Source: an uncultured Acidimicrobiales bacterium (GTDB lineage Bacteria; Actinomycetota; Acidimicrobiia; Acidimicrobiales; CAVXTF01). Taken from it: DNA of 64,000 nucleotides. Each line of letters starts with the position of its first letter. Within the stretch, counting starts at the first letter, position 1. Made by a program: the position numbers and the translations under genes. The stretch is from positions 1,746,745 to 1,810,744 of the forward strand of contig CAVXTF010000002.1 in NCBI GenBank assembly GCA_963764615.1, in the 5' to 3' direction. The notes below the pieces were generated by a model. It saw only the letters and a list, made by a program, of their open reading frames with translations, searched no databases and had not been told where the DNA came from. Shown piece by piece: positions 20,723 through 29,667 of this stretch.

Positions 20723-21470
20723 GTGGAGCAGGGCGCGTACTCCGAGATGTACAGGCTCGAGGATCGCCACTGGTGGTTCCGCGGCCGTCGTCACGTCATC
20801 CGGGCGCTTCTGCAACGTGCCGATCTCCCGCCCAAGCCCCGCTTGCTCGACGCAGGCTGCGGTACGGGCCGGAATCTCGTCGAATTCGGTGCGCTCGGTC
20901 CGACAGCCGGAGTGGATCCCTCTGCCGAGGCCGTCGCGTTCTGTCACCGAGCGCGGTCTCGACAACGTCAAGTGCGCCGACCTCGAGGCCCTGCCCTTCT
21001 CCGCCGGCGAGTTCGACCTGCTGCTCGCTTGCGACGTTCTCGAGCACGTGCACCATGACGACGTCGCCCTGAACGAGTTGCTCAGGGTCGCAGACGCGAG
21101 GGCCACTCTGATAATCACGGCTCCGGCATACCAGTGGCTGTGGACCGAGCACGATGTCCAGCTACATCACTTCCGTCGCTACACGCTGCGGACGATCCGA
21201 ACACGCGTGAGGGCAGCGGGCTGGAGCATCGAGTATTCGACCTACTTCAACTCGTTCCTCCTTCCGCTCGTCGCTGCAGCACGCGTGGTCCAGCGAGGGT
21301 CGTCTCGCAGTGGTCATACCGACCTCGACCGCACCCCGACCGGGGTGAACGGCGTGCTCGAGCAACCGATGAAACTCGAAGCCCTTCTCATACGGCACGG
21401 CGCGCGGCTTCCGGCAGGCGTCTCGCTCGGGCTGATCTGCAGAAAAATCGACGGTAAGCCTGGTAGATGA
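20723..21470 (+). pseudogene. class I SAM-dependent methyltransferase with one frameshift (or sequencing error)
   Basis: One frame gives YSEMYRLEDRHWWFRGRRHV...LLDAGCGTGRNL...GVDPSAEAVAFCH. The next frame continues ERGLDNVKCADLEALPFSAGEFDLLLACDVLEHV... through to the stop at 21470. The junction is at cacc, 20945-20948. The stop overlaps the next gene's start (ATGA). Confidence 0.7.
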
Positions 21471-22258
21471 GCGTCGCACACAGACCTTTGGCGGACCACC
21501 GCGCCTACACTTCCCGGATCCCACCCTCCCTTTCGATAGTGATCCCGGTCCTCAACGAGGAGGACGAGATAGCCCGCATCCTCGCCGGAGCCACGGAGTA
21601 CCTCGACCAGCGTGGCGGGGAGTGGGAGATCGTCGTCGTGGACAACGCGAGCACGGACCGTACCCTCAAGCGTGCGGAGCCCTTCCTCGAAGACAAGCGG
21701 GTCCGATTCCTTCGCAACGAAGTCAACCGCGGCAAGGGGTTCTCCATCCGCAGAGGGATGCTCGAAGCTCGCGGCGATCTGCGTCTCATGTGCGATGCCG
21801 ACTGCGTCACGTCGCTCCGGTCGCTCCCCCTCCTCGAGAAGGCGACCGAAGAGGTGGACGTGGCGGTCGGGTCGCGCCTCAGCGCCGGAGCCCGCGTATC
21901 TCGACAGCAGCCCATCCGCAGGAGGATCGTCGGGTTCGGCTTCATAACGCTGACCCGGGTGGTCATGGGGCGCTTGCCCCGCGACGTCTACTGCGGATTC
22001 AAGCTGTGGCGCGCGGAGGCCGCACAGCAAGTGTTCGAACGGGTGCACCTCGACGGTTGGGCCTTCGACGCAGAAGCCCTTGCCATGGCACGTCGTCTCG
22101 GCTTCGAAACGCGCGAAGTGGGCATCGAATGGACCAACCGCCCTGACTCGCGTCTGTCGATCCGCGACGTTCTGGTCCCGGTCACCCGAGAACTTGTCGC
22201 CGCTCGCCTGAATGTCCGGCGTGCGGCTCACTCTGGCGGGAAGGCCGGGAATCGTTGA
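21467..22258 (+). CDS. GT2 glycosyltransferase, polyprenyl-phosphate sugar synthase-like (DPM1/GtrB type)
   Basis: 263 aa with LSIVIPVLNEEDEI, IVVVDNASTDRT, NRGKGFSIRRG and MCDADCV (the DXD motif). It is a short soluble GT2 of the dolichyl/polyprenyl-phosphate sugar synthase type. Confidence 0.75.
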   Translation: MSVAHRPLADHRAYTSRIPPSLSIVIPVLNEEDEIARILAGATEYLDQRGGEWEIVVVDNASTDRTLKRAEPFLEDKRVRFLRNEVNRGKGFSIRRGMLEARGDLRLMCDADCVTSLRSLPLLEKATEEVDVAVGSRLSAGARVSRQQPIRRRIVGFGFITLTRVVMGRLPRDVYCGFKLWRAEAAQQVFERVHLDGWAFDAEALAMARRLGFETREVGIEWTNRPDSRLSIRDVLVPVTRELVAARLNVRRAAHSGGKAGNR

Positions 22259-23870
22259 CAGTTTTCGGGTCGATCCTCGTGAGACGCACTTCCTCGGGGC
22301 TGCTTCCCGCCGGCATCCGCAGCTCGAACAGGAGCTGGTAACCAAAGAGGGTCGGCCACAGACGGATGGCGCCCACGCTCGCTACGGCGATCACCCTGGA
22401 GAAACGCCTGCCCATCACCTTGCGGTCGGAGCCCTGCTCAGACAATCTCATGCCACGGGACAGCACGTTCACTATGGGGGTGCTCGTCGCTCCGAACTTG
22501 ACTATCTCGAGTTGCTCGACCGCCACTATTCGTTGGAAGTTCACGCGCGTGAAGAAGCGCAGATGGCCCGAATCGAACAGGCCCCGGCGGTCGTACGAGA
22601 AGAGGCCGAACCCGACCTTGAACCGGCCGTACCAGTGCCCGATGTTCGGAATGCTCACGAGGATGCTCCCACCGGGAGCGAGGAGGGCTCTTGCTCCACG
22701 TAGCAGTGTCGCCGGTGAGCGCACGTGCTCGAGGACGTCGGCGAGCACCACGATGTCGAAGGATTCCTCTTCGAAGTGCCGGTTCAGGCCTTCTTCGAGA
22801 TTGGCTTGTACGAAATGCGAGATCCGCTCCTCGACGCCAGGCGAGGCGTGCATGTCGACGCCGGTGACGGTGTGCCCCATCTGCTCGAGCAGATGACCGA
22901 AATGACCGTCGGAGCATCCGACGTCTAGAACCCTGCCGGGGTCGAACTCCTTCAGCCAACGCAGCAGGCTGTCGTGCGAGGAGTTCTCCTCGGTCTTGAC
23001 CTCGTAGGCGAGGCTGTTGAACGCCGTGGATCCCGTTCCGAACCCCATCTTGTGGAACCGATAGCGAAGGGCGGCGATGATCGAGTCCCTTGCGAGCCGG
23101 ACGCAGTCGGCGAGCCCGAAGGCCCGGTCGGGGACCACCGGAACCGGAAACTCCTCGAGCTGCTCGTGGAGCTCCACACATCCGACGAGCATCTCGAGAT
23201 CGAAGACGTGGCTGTCCGAATTGTTGAGAAAAGGCATCGACCTCAGCACGGTCGTCGAGTAGGCCCGGAAGGGACATAGCCACTCGTCGGCGGTGTGCCC
23301 CACGATCCGATTGATCACGGAGCACAGACGGCGGTTTCCTGCCGACTTCCACCACGAGATCTCTTTTCGGAAGTTGCCCGAGTCCTTTACTCGGCGGGCG
23401 AAGACAGCGCCGGCTTCCTTGCGCCCGATAGGGCCGATCATCTGATCGAGAGCTCGTAGAGGAAAGTGCCCGGAGGCGTGGACGACGGCCGCAATGTCGA
23501 ACTGCTGGTCGATCGCCCAGCTGAACGCGATCTTCTGAATGACTCCGTACCTGGCTGCCTCCTGCCGAACGGTGAGGACGGTCACGGGAATCCCGAACTT
23601 GTCGGCGAGGTTGCGCAGACCGTCGACGTCCGTCGTGGTCGCGTAGCCGTCGCGCTTCGCACCCTTAGCGTGCCCACCTTCGACGACCGGCACCAGCAAT
23701 CCCCGTATCTGCGGTCTCACATGCGGAGGAATTTCCGACAAGGAGCGCGACAGCAGCTCGTAGTCGTACGAACCGATTGCTATCAATCCGACGGTCGGCT
23801 GGCCCTCGGGTTCCAGATCCGCCTTGGTGGGAGGTGGCGCAGTCCCCTGCACAGGCGGTGGAGCGCTCAT
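22182..23870 (-). CDS. fusion protein: degenerate GT2-like domain + class I SAM methyltransferase domain
   Basis: 562 aa. The N-terminal half follows the GT2 layout, but the DXD position reads IAAVVHASGHFP. The C-terminal half has VLDVGCSDGHFG, FDIVVLADVLEHV and LAPGGSILVSIPN methyltransferase motifs. Confidence 0.6.
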   Translation of the reverse strand: MSAPPPVQGTAPPPTKADLEPEGQPTVGLIAIGSYDYELLSRSLSEIPPHVRPQIRGLLVPVVEGGHAKGAKRDGYATTTDVDGLRNLADKFGIPVTVLTVRQEAARYGVIQKIAFSWAIDQQFDIAAVVHASGHFPLRALDQMIGPIGRKEAGAVFARRVKDSGNFRKEISWWKSAGNRRLCSVINRIVGHTADEWLCPFRAYSTTVLRSMPFLNNSDSHVFDLEMLVGCVELHEQLEEFPVPVVPDRAFGLADCVRLARDSIIAALRYRFHKMGFGTGSTAFNSLAYEVKTEENSSHDSLLRWLKEFDPGRVLDVGCSDGHFGHLLEQMGHTVTGVDMHASPGVEERISHFVQANLEEGLNRHFEEESFDIVVLADVLEHVRSPATLLRGARALLAPGGSILVSIPNIGHWYGRFKVGFGLFSYDRRGLFDSGHLRFFTRVNFQRIVAVEQLEIVKFGATSTPIVNVLSRGMRLSEQGSDRKVMGRRFSRVIAVASVGAIRLWPTLFGYQLLFELRMPAGSSPEEVRLTRIDPKTVNDSRPSRQSEPHAGHSGERRQVLG

Positions 23871-24000
23871 GCGAGGAGTCTAGGGACGCGAGCACCTTCG
23901 GGATCCAATGGGGGGCTGAGAGTCACTTCCGTGGCGGCTTGCAGCCCGGGGACCGCGAGAAAAGCAGCCCCGATTCTGACTCGCCCGCTAGTGTCGCTCC

Positions 24001-26154
24001 GTGCAGAGCGAGGGTGCTTCGAGCCCTGCAAGGCGTTTCGCTCGAAGTTGCGCCGTCGCAATCGCACTCTGCGGCGCCGCGTTCTCTTGGCTCGTGACCG
24101 ACGGGACCTTCAACTTCCTGCAATCCGCGCCGTTCTCGAACTTCTACGACGTGCAGGCGCGCTCACTGCTGCACGGAACGTGGAGCATGCCCGCGAGCGT
24201 GCTGACGATAGAGGGCATTCGGATAGACGGCCAGACCTACATGTACTACGGGCCCATGCCGGCAATTCTCAGGATCCCGATCCTGATCTTCACGCACCGG
24301 CTCGACGGTCGCCTCACGCAACCTTCTCTGTTGATCGGCTTCGTCGTGGCCCTGACATTCGCCAGCTTGCTCAGCTGGCGTATTCGCGGAGTGGTGCGCG
24401 GCCCTGTGGATCTCGGCAGGTTCGAGTGCTGGCTGACAGCGGGTCTCATAGTGGTCGTCGGCCTGGGGTCGGTTCTGTTCTTCCTCGGCTCGACGGCGCA
24501 GGTCTACGAAGAGGCCGAGATGTGGGGTGCAGCGTTCACCCTCGGCGCCTTCTACTCGCTGATCGGATTCTTGGAACGGCCCGTTGCGGGCCGCCTCGTC
24601 TCGACCGGGATCTTCGCCACTCTGGCCATGCTCACACGTGGATCGGTGGGCGCCGGCCCGCTGGTCGCCATCGGGCTGGTAGCACTCGTCTACCTGTTGT
24701 CGATGCTCGCTGGTCGCTTTCAGCGCTACGAGAGCCAGGCACGCCGCATCGCCGACGCGCTCGCGCTCCGCGTGGCCGAAAGACAGGGGAGGTTCCTTGC
24801 TGGTCTCTTTGCGGCCCTGGGTGTGCCGCTCGCGCTTTACGCGTGGGTCAACGAGGCCAAATTCGGCACGCCCTTCAGCATCCCTGTCGGCCGGCAGATC
24901 TATTCGTTGGAAAACGCCCACCGCCGGGCGGTGCTCGCTGCCAACGGAGGAAGCCTCTTCGGCCTGAAGTTCCTGCCTACGAACCTCGTGCAGTTCGTGC
25001 GGCCCGATGCGCTGTCTGTGACCCGGCTCTTTCCTTTTCTCTTCTTTCCCGGAAAGGCTCTCGTCATCGGTCACCTCCTCTACGACACGAGAGACTGGAC
25101 GTCGAGCATCCCGGCTTGCATGCCGGTCCTGTTCGTCCTGGCGCTCGTGGGTATCGTCGTGGCCTACAAACGCCGCCCGCCTCCGGAGTCGCCTCATGTT
25201 ACCGAGGCCGGTCTCGCAACTCTGCGGATCCCGCTCGTCGGGGCGGCGGCCGGCACCTACGGCATCCTGACGATCGCGTTCATCGCCCAGCGCTACCTGG
25301 CGGACGCCATTCCGCTTCTCGTTCTCGCTTCGCTTGCGGGATGGCATTTCATGGCCGGCCGGGTCGCGAACTTCCGTGGCGGCCTCCGGGCCGTCGGCGC
25401 CACCCTGCTCGCGGTGCTCACGCTGTTCGGGCTCTGGGCGACCTTCTCGTTGAGCCTGTTCTACCAACGCGAGCTCGGGCCGCTCGTCTCGATCCCTCAA
25501 CGTGCGGGCATGGTGGCGTTCCAGCAACAGCTCGACCGGTCGCTGTTCGGCGGTCCACCCGCAGACGTCCGTTTCGTGTCCGCGCTGCCACCGAGCGGCC
25601 AGGCGCTCGAGCTGGCGGTAGTAGGTAGCTGCGCGGCGGTCTATCAGTTCGACGGGAATCTCTGGCAACCCGTGGAGCTCGGGGCCGCGGGCGGCGCAGT
25701 GGGCCTCGAGGCGACGTTCGTCCCAACTGCCCTCGGCCGGCGCCAGCCGCTGCTCGTAACCGGCGGTACCGCCCCACAGGATGTTGTGGCCGTCACCTGG
25801 GAGGGCGGTGACCGCTACAGCTTCTCCTACATCTTCGACGGCACGCTCTTGAGCCCCTCGGCCCGGGCGTGGTATCAGGAGCAGGCGGTGGTCGTCGGGC
25901 CCGGGCCGCACCAGGTCCAGATAGACCTTGTGACTCAGCTCGGCATGGTGTTCATCACGTTGGATCGGAAACCGGTCTTCTCGCTGCTCTACCCGGTGGC
26001 TCCCCCGACGCTCCTGCGCCTCGGATCGGCACCGGCGTCGGTCTCCACGACCGGACGGTTCTACGGTTCGGTCCATCTCGTTCCGGTGCCGACCCCGATC
26101 TGCCATGAGCTCGAACAGCACAGATCTGCGATGCTGCCGGCCCCGGCCCATTAG
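24001..26154 (+). CDS. large polytopic membrane protein, GT-C-like glycosyltransferase candidate
   Basis: 717 aa. It has about 12 hydrophobic segments followed by a ~220-aa C-terminal soluble domain. The N-terminal loop reads FYDVQARSLLHGTWSMP...GQTYMYYGPMPAILRIP. The family is not named. Confidence 0.45.
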   Translation: MQSEGASSPARRFARSCAVAIALCGAAFSWLVTDGTFNFLQSAPFSNFYDVQARSLLHGTWSMPASVLTIEGIRIDGQTYMYYGPMPAILRIPILIFTHRLDGRLTQPSLLIGFVVALTFASLLSWRIRGVVRGPVDLGRFECWLTAGLIVVVGLGSVLFFLGSTAQVYEEAEMWGAAFTLGAFYSLIGFLERPVAGRLVSTGIFATLAMLTRGSVGAGPLVAIGLVALVYLLSMLAGRFQRYESQARRIADALALRVAERQGRFLAGLFAALGVPLALYAWVNEAKFGTPFSIPVGRQIYSLENAHRRAVLAANGGSLFGLKFLPTNLVQFVRPDALSVTRLFPFLFFPGKALVIGHLLYDTRDWTSSIPACMPVLFVLALVGIVVAYKRRPPPESPHVTEAGLATLRIPLVGAAAGTYGILTIAFIAQRYLADAIPLLVLASLAGWHFMAGRVANFRGGLRAVGATLLAVLTLFGLWATFSLSLFYQRELGPLVSIPQRAGMVAFQQQLDRSLFGGPPADVRFVSALPPSGQALELAVVGSCAAVYQFDGNLWQPVELGAAGGAVGLEATFVPTALGRRQPLLVTGGTAPQDVVAVTWEGGDRYSFSYIFDGTLLSPSARAWYQEQAVVVGPGPHQVQIDLVTQLGMVFITLDRKPVFSLLYPVAPPTLLRLGSAPASVSTTGRFYGSVHLVPVPTPICHELEQHRSAMLPAPAH

Positions 26155-26271
26155 GTCTAGCGACTCGATGACTGAGACACTCTGAAAAAGAAGCCGAACC
26201 CGGATCATCAAGATTGACGTGGCCGGAGAAGGCACTCTCTGGTTCACTAATGGGGGCGGCGAGTTGCTTAG

Positions 26272-28659
26272 GTGCGCGGTGGGACACTCCGGCTGGAACG
26301 ATCACTTGCGGAGCGGCGGGTCGGGCCTACGGTGAGCAGCAGGCAGCGCCGTCGGCCTGAGAGCAGGCTCCCCCATCGACACGTCGCGCGCGAGCGCTTG
26401 GTGTCCGCGCTGCTCGAAGCTCCTGTAGGGATCATCGAGGGCGCAGCAGGATACGGGAAATCGGTGCTCGCCTCCGAGCTCCAGCACAGCCTCGGAATCG
26501 CGTGCGCGTGGGTGTCGCTAGGTGCTCCCGACGCCCATCCCGACGTTCTGGTTGCCTCCATCCGGCGCGCGTTGGGCGCGGCGAACTTGTCGGACATGTT
26601 CGCCGCTCTCTCGGGTACGGAGCTGGAACAGTGGCCTGATCGGTTCATCGACGCGTTGAGCGCCTCGGCAGAGCCTCTCCTCATCGTCCTCGACGACGCC
26701 CATCACCTCGAGTGTGGCGAGGCCGCCGCTCTCGTGGCGCGGATGGCCAAAGTGCTGAGGCCTCCGCATCGGCTCGTGGCGACCGCCCGTCGGCTTCCCG
26801 CCAGCCTCACGCCCCTACGCCAGGTGGACGCGACCTGCATCGATGCGTACGACCTGGCGTTCAACGAGAACGAGACGGCCGGGCTCGTCAGGCGGATACT
26901 CAGCCGGGAGCCGCTCGAGGACGAGGTTTCGTCGCTGCTCGACGCCACAGGCGGCTGGGCGAGCGCGCTGCTCTTGGCACTGAGCGGCACGAGCAGGCGG
27001 CACTCCGCTTCGCAACGCCGCTGGACCGCACCTGAAAGGCACGCTCTCATCGCTTCGCTCCTCGACAACATCCTCGAGCAGCTGAGTGCGACCGAGCGCG
27101 ACGGGTTGTGCACCTTGGCCCATCTTCCTTACGTGTCACCGGAGCTCGCGGCCCGGCTGACGGGCTCAAACGACATGTTCGATCGGGTGATGGCCGCCGG
27201 TGTCCCTCTCCTGCCCACTGCGCCCGGTTTGTGGGAGATGCCGGGTCCGGTCACCGGCTACCTGTCGGGGCTTACGCCGTTGCCGGCTCGCGCTGCCTGG
27301 ATGGCCGCCTCGGTGTTGCGCTCGGACAGCCAGGTCATGCCGGCGCTCAGGATGTTGATCGAGTCGGGGCACCTCGAGCGGGCAGCGGCGTTCCTAGCCG
27401 ACCTGACACCGGCTGAGGCCGAAGGGCTCGGTTGGGCCGAGATCAGAAACCTCGTCGAGGCGCTTCCCGACTCCACTGTCAGCCTCCACCCGAGAATCCT
27501 CGTCCACCTTGCTAGGACGGCAGAGACACCGGACCGGATGGCGATGCGCCGTGCTTGCCTCGCCAGGGCGTCTGAGATCGTCCGAACAGGCAGCGACGCC
27601 ATGGCCGCGATCGGTCGCGAGGTGCAGGCGGAGCACGCTCGCGATCTCGTCTGGGACGAGAGGACGCGCGACGAGGCCGGCGAGCTCGCCATGTCGATCG
27701 TCTCTTCGTCGGGCGCCGATGAAGTGGCGAGGCCCCGCGCACTGGACGCTCTCGGCCGCCTGCGGTCGTGGTGGAGCAAGGACGGTCCTCATGAAGATGC
27801 CCAGGAATTGCTCGAGGAGTCTGCTCGCGCGGCCTTGCTGATCGGACAACCCGAATGGGCGGCACGAACGCTGCTGCCTCTGGCCATGGGTCTGTACTTC
27901 GGGACGTGCAGGTACGAGCGGGCACTTGCGAGCATCGACCGGAGTCTGGCGCTTCTTGCTGCCCGCAGCCCGGTCCGCGCGTTCTCGCTCAGCTTTCGCG
28001 CAACCGTGCTGAACGAGCTCGGCCGCTTCGCTGAGGCCGAGGCCGCGTTATCGGAGCTCCGTCACCTCGCTCGCACGCTTGGCGAGGAATGGATCGTGGC
28101 ATATGCCTGGTGGTCCGAAGCCGAGCTCGCGGCGTTGTCCGGGGACCGGGACCGCACCGAAAGAGCGATCTTCGAAGCCCACCGTCACCGGTCAGGGTGG
28201 TTCGACGAGACACCAGGGATCGAATTTCTCTCACAGACGGCCGACATGCTCGACCGTGTGGGCAGGCACGATCTGGCTTGCAAGCAATTGGACCAGGCAC
28301 GGGCGCGGATGGCCGGCTTCGAGCGGATCGTGTATGTCTACGAGGCCGCCGTGCTCGGTCGATCCGGAGATCCGGTCCTTGCGGAGGGAGCCATCGCCTC
28401 GACCCTCGCAAGGCACGACCTTGACCCACAGGAGCGCTGGCCATTGAGGCTACTTGGCGCGTACGCCGCGCTCAGGCGAGGCGACCCGGCAGCCACCGAA
28501 CTCGCCTGCGCAGCCTTCGAGAATTGCTCGAGCTCGGGCTCGCCGATGCGCCCCTGCGTCGCGAGCGAGCGGCGTGTGAGGCGCTCTTACCACTGGCGAC
28601 CGATGCGGGATGTAGAGCGGCCGCGGTTCTGCTCGAATCTGCTTCGAGCGTCTCGATAA
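26272..28659 (+). CDS. MalT-like STAND NTPase with helical/TPR-like sensor region (probably the N-terminal part of a frameshifted STAND-SARP fusion)
   Basis: Walker A GAAGYGKS; AWVSLGAPDAHPDV (compare the MalT pattern aWlsLde.D); Walker B LLIVLDDAHHL; then a long helical repeat region. The last ~45 aa (SSSGSPMRPCVASERRVRRSYHWRP...) look out of frame. The true start is probably near 26330. Confidence 0.7.
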   Translation: MRGGTLRLERSLAERRVGPTVSSRQRRRPESRLPHRHVARERLVSALLEAPVGIIEGAAGYGKSVLASELQHSLGIACAWVSLGAPDAHPDVLVASIRRALGAANLSDMFAALSGTELEQWPDRFIDALSASAEPLLIVLDDAHHLECGEAAALVARMAKVLRPPHRLVATARRLPASLTPLRQVDATCIDAYDLAFNENETAGLVRRILSREPLEDEVSSLLDATGGWASALLLALSGTSRRHSASQRRWTAPERHALIASLLDNILEQLSATERDGLCTLAHLPYVSPELAARLTGSNDMFDRVMAAGVPLLPTAPGLWEMPGPVTGYLSGLTPLPARAAWMAASVLRSDSQVMPALRMLIESGHLERAAAFLADLTPAEAEGLGWAEIRNLVEALPDSTVSLHPRILVHLARTAETPDRMAMRRACLARASEIVRTGSDAMAAIGREVQAEHARDLVWDERTRDEAGELAMSIVSSSGADEVARPRALDALGRLRSWWSKDGPHEDAQELLEESARAALLIGQPEWAARTLLPLAMGLYFGTCRYERALASIDRSLALLAARSPVRAFSLSFRATVLNELGRFAEAEAALSELRHLARTLGEEWIVAYAWWSEAELAALSGDRDRTERAIFEAHRHRSGWFDETPGIEFLSQTADMLDRVGRHDLACKQLDQARARMAGFERIVYVYEAAVLGRSGDPVLAEGAIASTLARHDLDPQERWPLRLLGAYAALRRGDPAATELACAAFENCSSSGSPMRPCVASERRVRRSYHWRPMRDVERPRFCSNLLRASR

Positions 28660-29381
28660 CTCTCCTCGGCGGCTTCGAGGTGCGCCGTGGCGGCCAGAGC
28701 TTGAGGCCACCGGCAGGCCGGCCAGCGGCTGCGATGCGCGCTGTGGCCGCACGAGGGGGACGGGTGCACGTCGAGGAGCTCATCGAGATGCTCTGGCCGG
28801 GTGCCGGTCCCGATTCGGGCCGCAACCGGCTGAAGAACGTTCTGAGCCGGCTCCGGACCGCCGTCGGCGAGGTGCTGATTCGTGAGGAGGAGACGGTGAC
28901 CCTGGTACAGGGATCCCGCTGCGACGCACAGGACTTCGGACGAGAGGTCCACGAAGCCCTGAGGGCCAGAGCGTCGGGAGATCGGCTGACCGCAGCAATG
29001 CTTGCCGGGTCTGCCGTCGAGCGCTACCGCGGCGACCTGCTCCCCGCCGACCTGTACGAACCGTGGGCAGCGGAGCCGAGGGAACGGTTGCGACTCGGAT
29101 ACCTCGAGATGCTCGATCTCCTCAGCGACTGGGCGGAGGAGAGTAACGAGGTCGATCAGGCCGTGCGGCTCATCAGGCGCGCGATAAACGTCGAGCGGTA
29201 TGACGAGCGCAGATACGTCAGGCTGGCGGGGCTGCTCTCCTCGCAGGGACGAGCGGGATCTGCGCGCTCGGTTCTGCGAAGCGCCCGAGCCGTGCTCAAC
29301 GAACTGGGGCTCGAACCGTCGGCGGACCTGACAGAGATGGATCGGTCGGTGGGATTGTCGTCGGCGGGAGGAGACGGCTGA
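28524..29381 (+). CDS. SARP-type module: OmpR-like winged helix + BTAD domain
   Basis: ITLLGGFEVRRGGQSL...LIEMLWPG...RNRLKNVLSRLR forms the winged helix. ERYRGDLLPADLYEPWA...ERYDERRYVRLAGLLSSQGRAGSARSVLRSARAVLNELGLEPSADL is the BTAD domain. No ATG or GTG start is available; only the TTG at 28524, which lies inside the upstream ORF. Confidence 0.75.
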   Translation: MLELGLADAPLRRERAACEALLPLATDAGCRAAAVLLESASSVSITLLGGFEVRRGGQSLRPPAGRPAAAMRAVAARGGRVHVEELIEMLWPGAGPDSGRNRLKNVLSRLRTAVGEVLIREEETVTLVQGSRCDAQDFGREVHEALRARASGDRLTAAMLAGSAVERYRGDLLPADLYEPWAAEPRERLRLGYLEMLDLLSDWAEESNEVDQAVRLIRRAINVERYDERRYVRLAGLLSSQGRAGSARSVLRSARAVLNELGLEPSADLTEMDRSVGLSSAGGDG

Positions 29382-29452
29382 CCAGCCCGGGAGGGCCCGC
29401 GCTCGTCGCGTTTAACCGGGATTGAACGCTCGGGACGTACGTTTCGGATCGG

Positions 29453-29647
29453 ATGCCGGTCTCATTCCTCCTTCAATTGGTCCCCGACGAACTTGCAGGC
29501 TCCCGAATCGTGGGCCAGGCCAAGGAGATCGAGACTGGTGTCAGCGTCCGGGTCCGAAGCTCCGAGGAGCTGCTCACGTTCCTCTTTTCGTGCGCTGAGT
29601 CAGAGGCCCCCGGGCGGGACGGCGGAGAAGCTATCGCAGGCAGCTGA
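29453..29647 (+). CDS. small hypothetical protein (64 aa), uncertain
   Basis: ATG ORF in the 286-nt gap between the SARP module and the repeat-protein gene. Third-position GC is high, as in real genes here. There is no recognisable motif and no clear ribosome-binding site. Confidence 0.25.
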   Translation: MPVSFLLQLVPDELAGSRIVGQAKEIETGVSVRVRSSEELLTFLFSCAESEAPGRDGGEAIAGS

Positions 29648-29667
29648 ACTACGAAAGAGGAGTCCCT

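Noticed and set aside
22182-22258. Two convergent gene pairs (22182-22258 and 39608-39684) each overlap by exactly 77 nt, the same length as the exact repeat in the PPC gene.
   Set aside because: The overlapping sequences are unrelated to each other and to the repeat. This is a coincidence of stop-poor high-GC tails.
29416-29449. Three YCGGRW hexamers as SARP heptad direct repeats.
   Set aside because: The spacing is 14 nt, not the 11 or 22 nt expected for SARP sites, and the hexamers are short and GC-rich. They are mentioned only as context.
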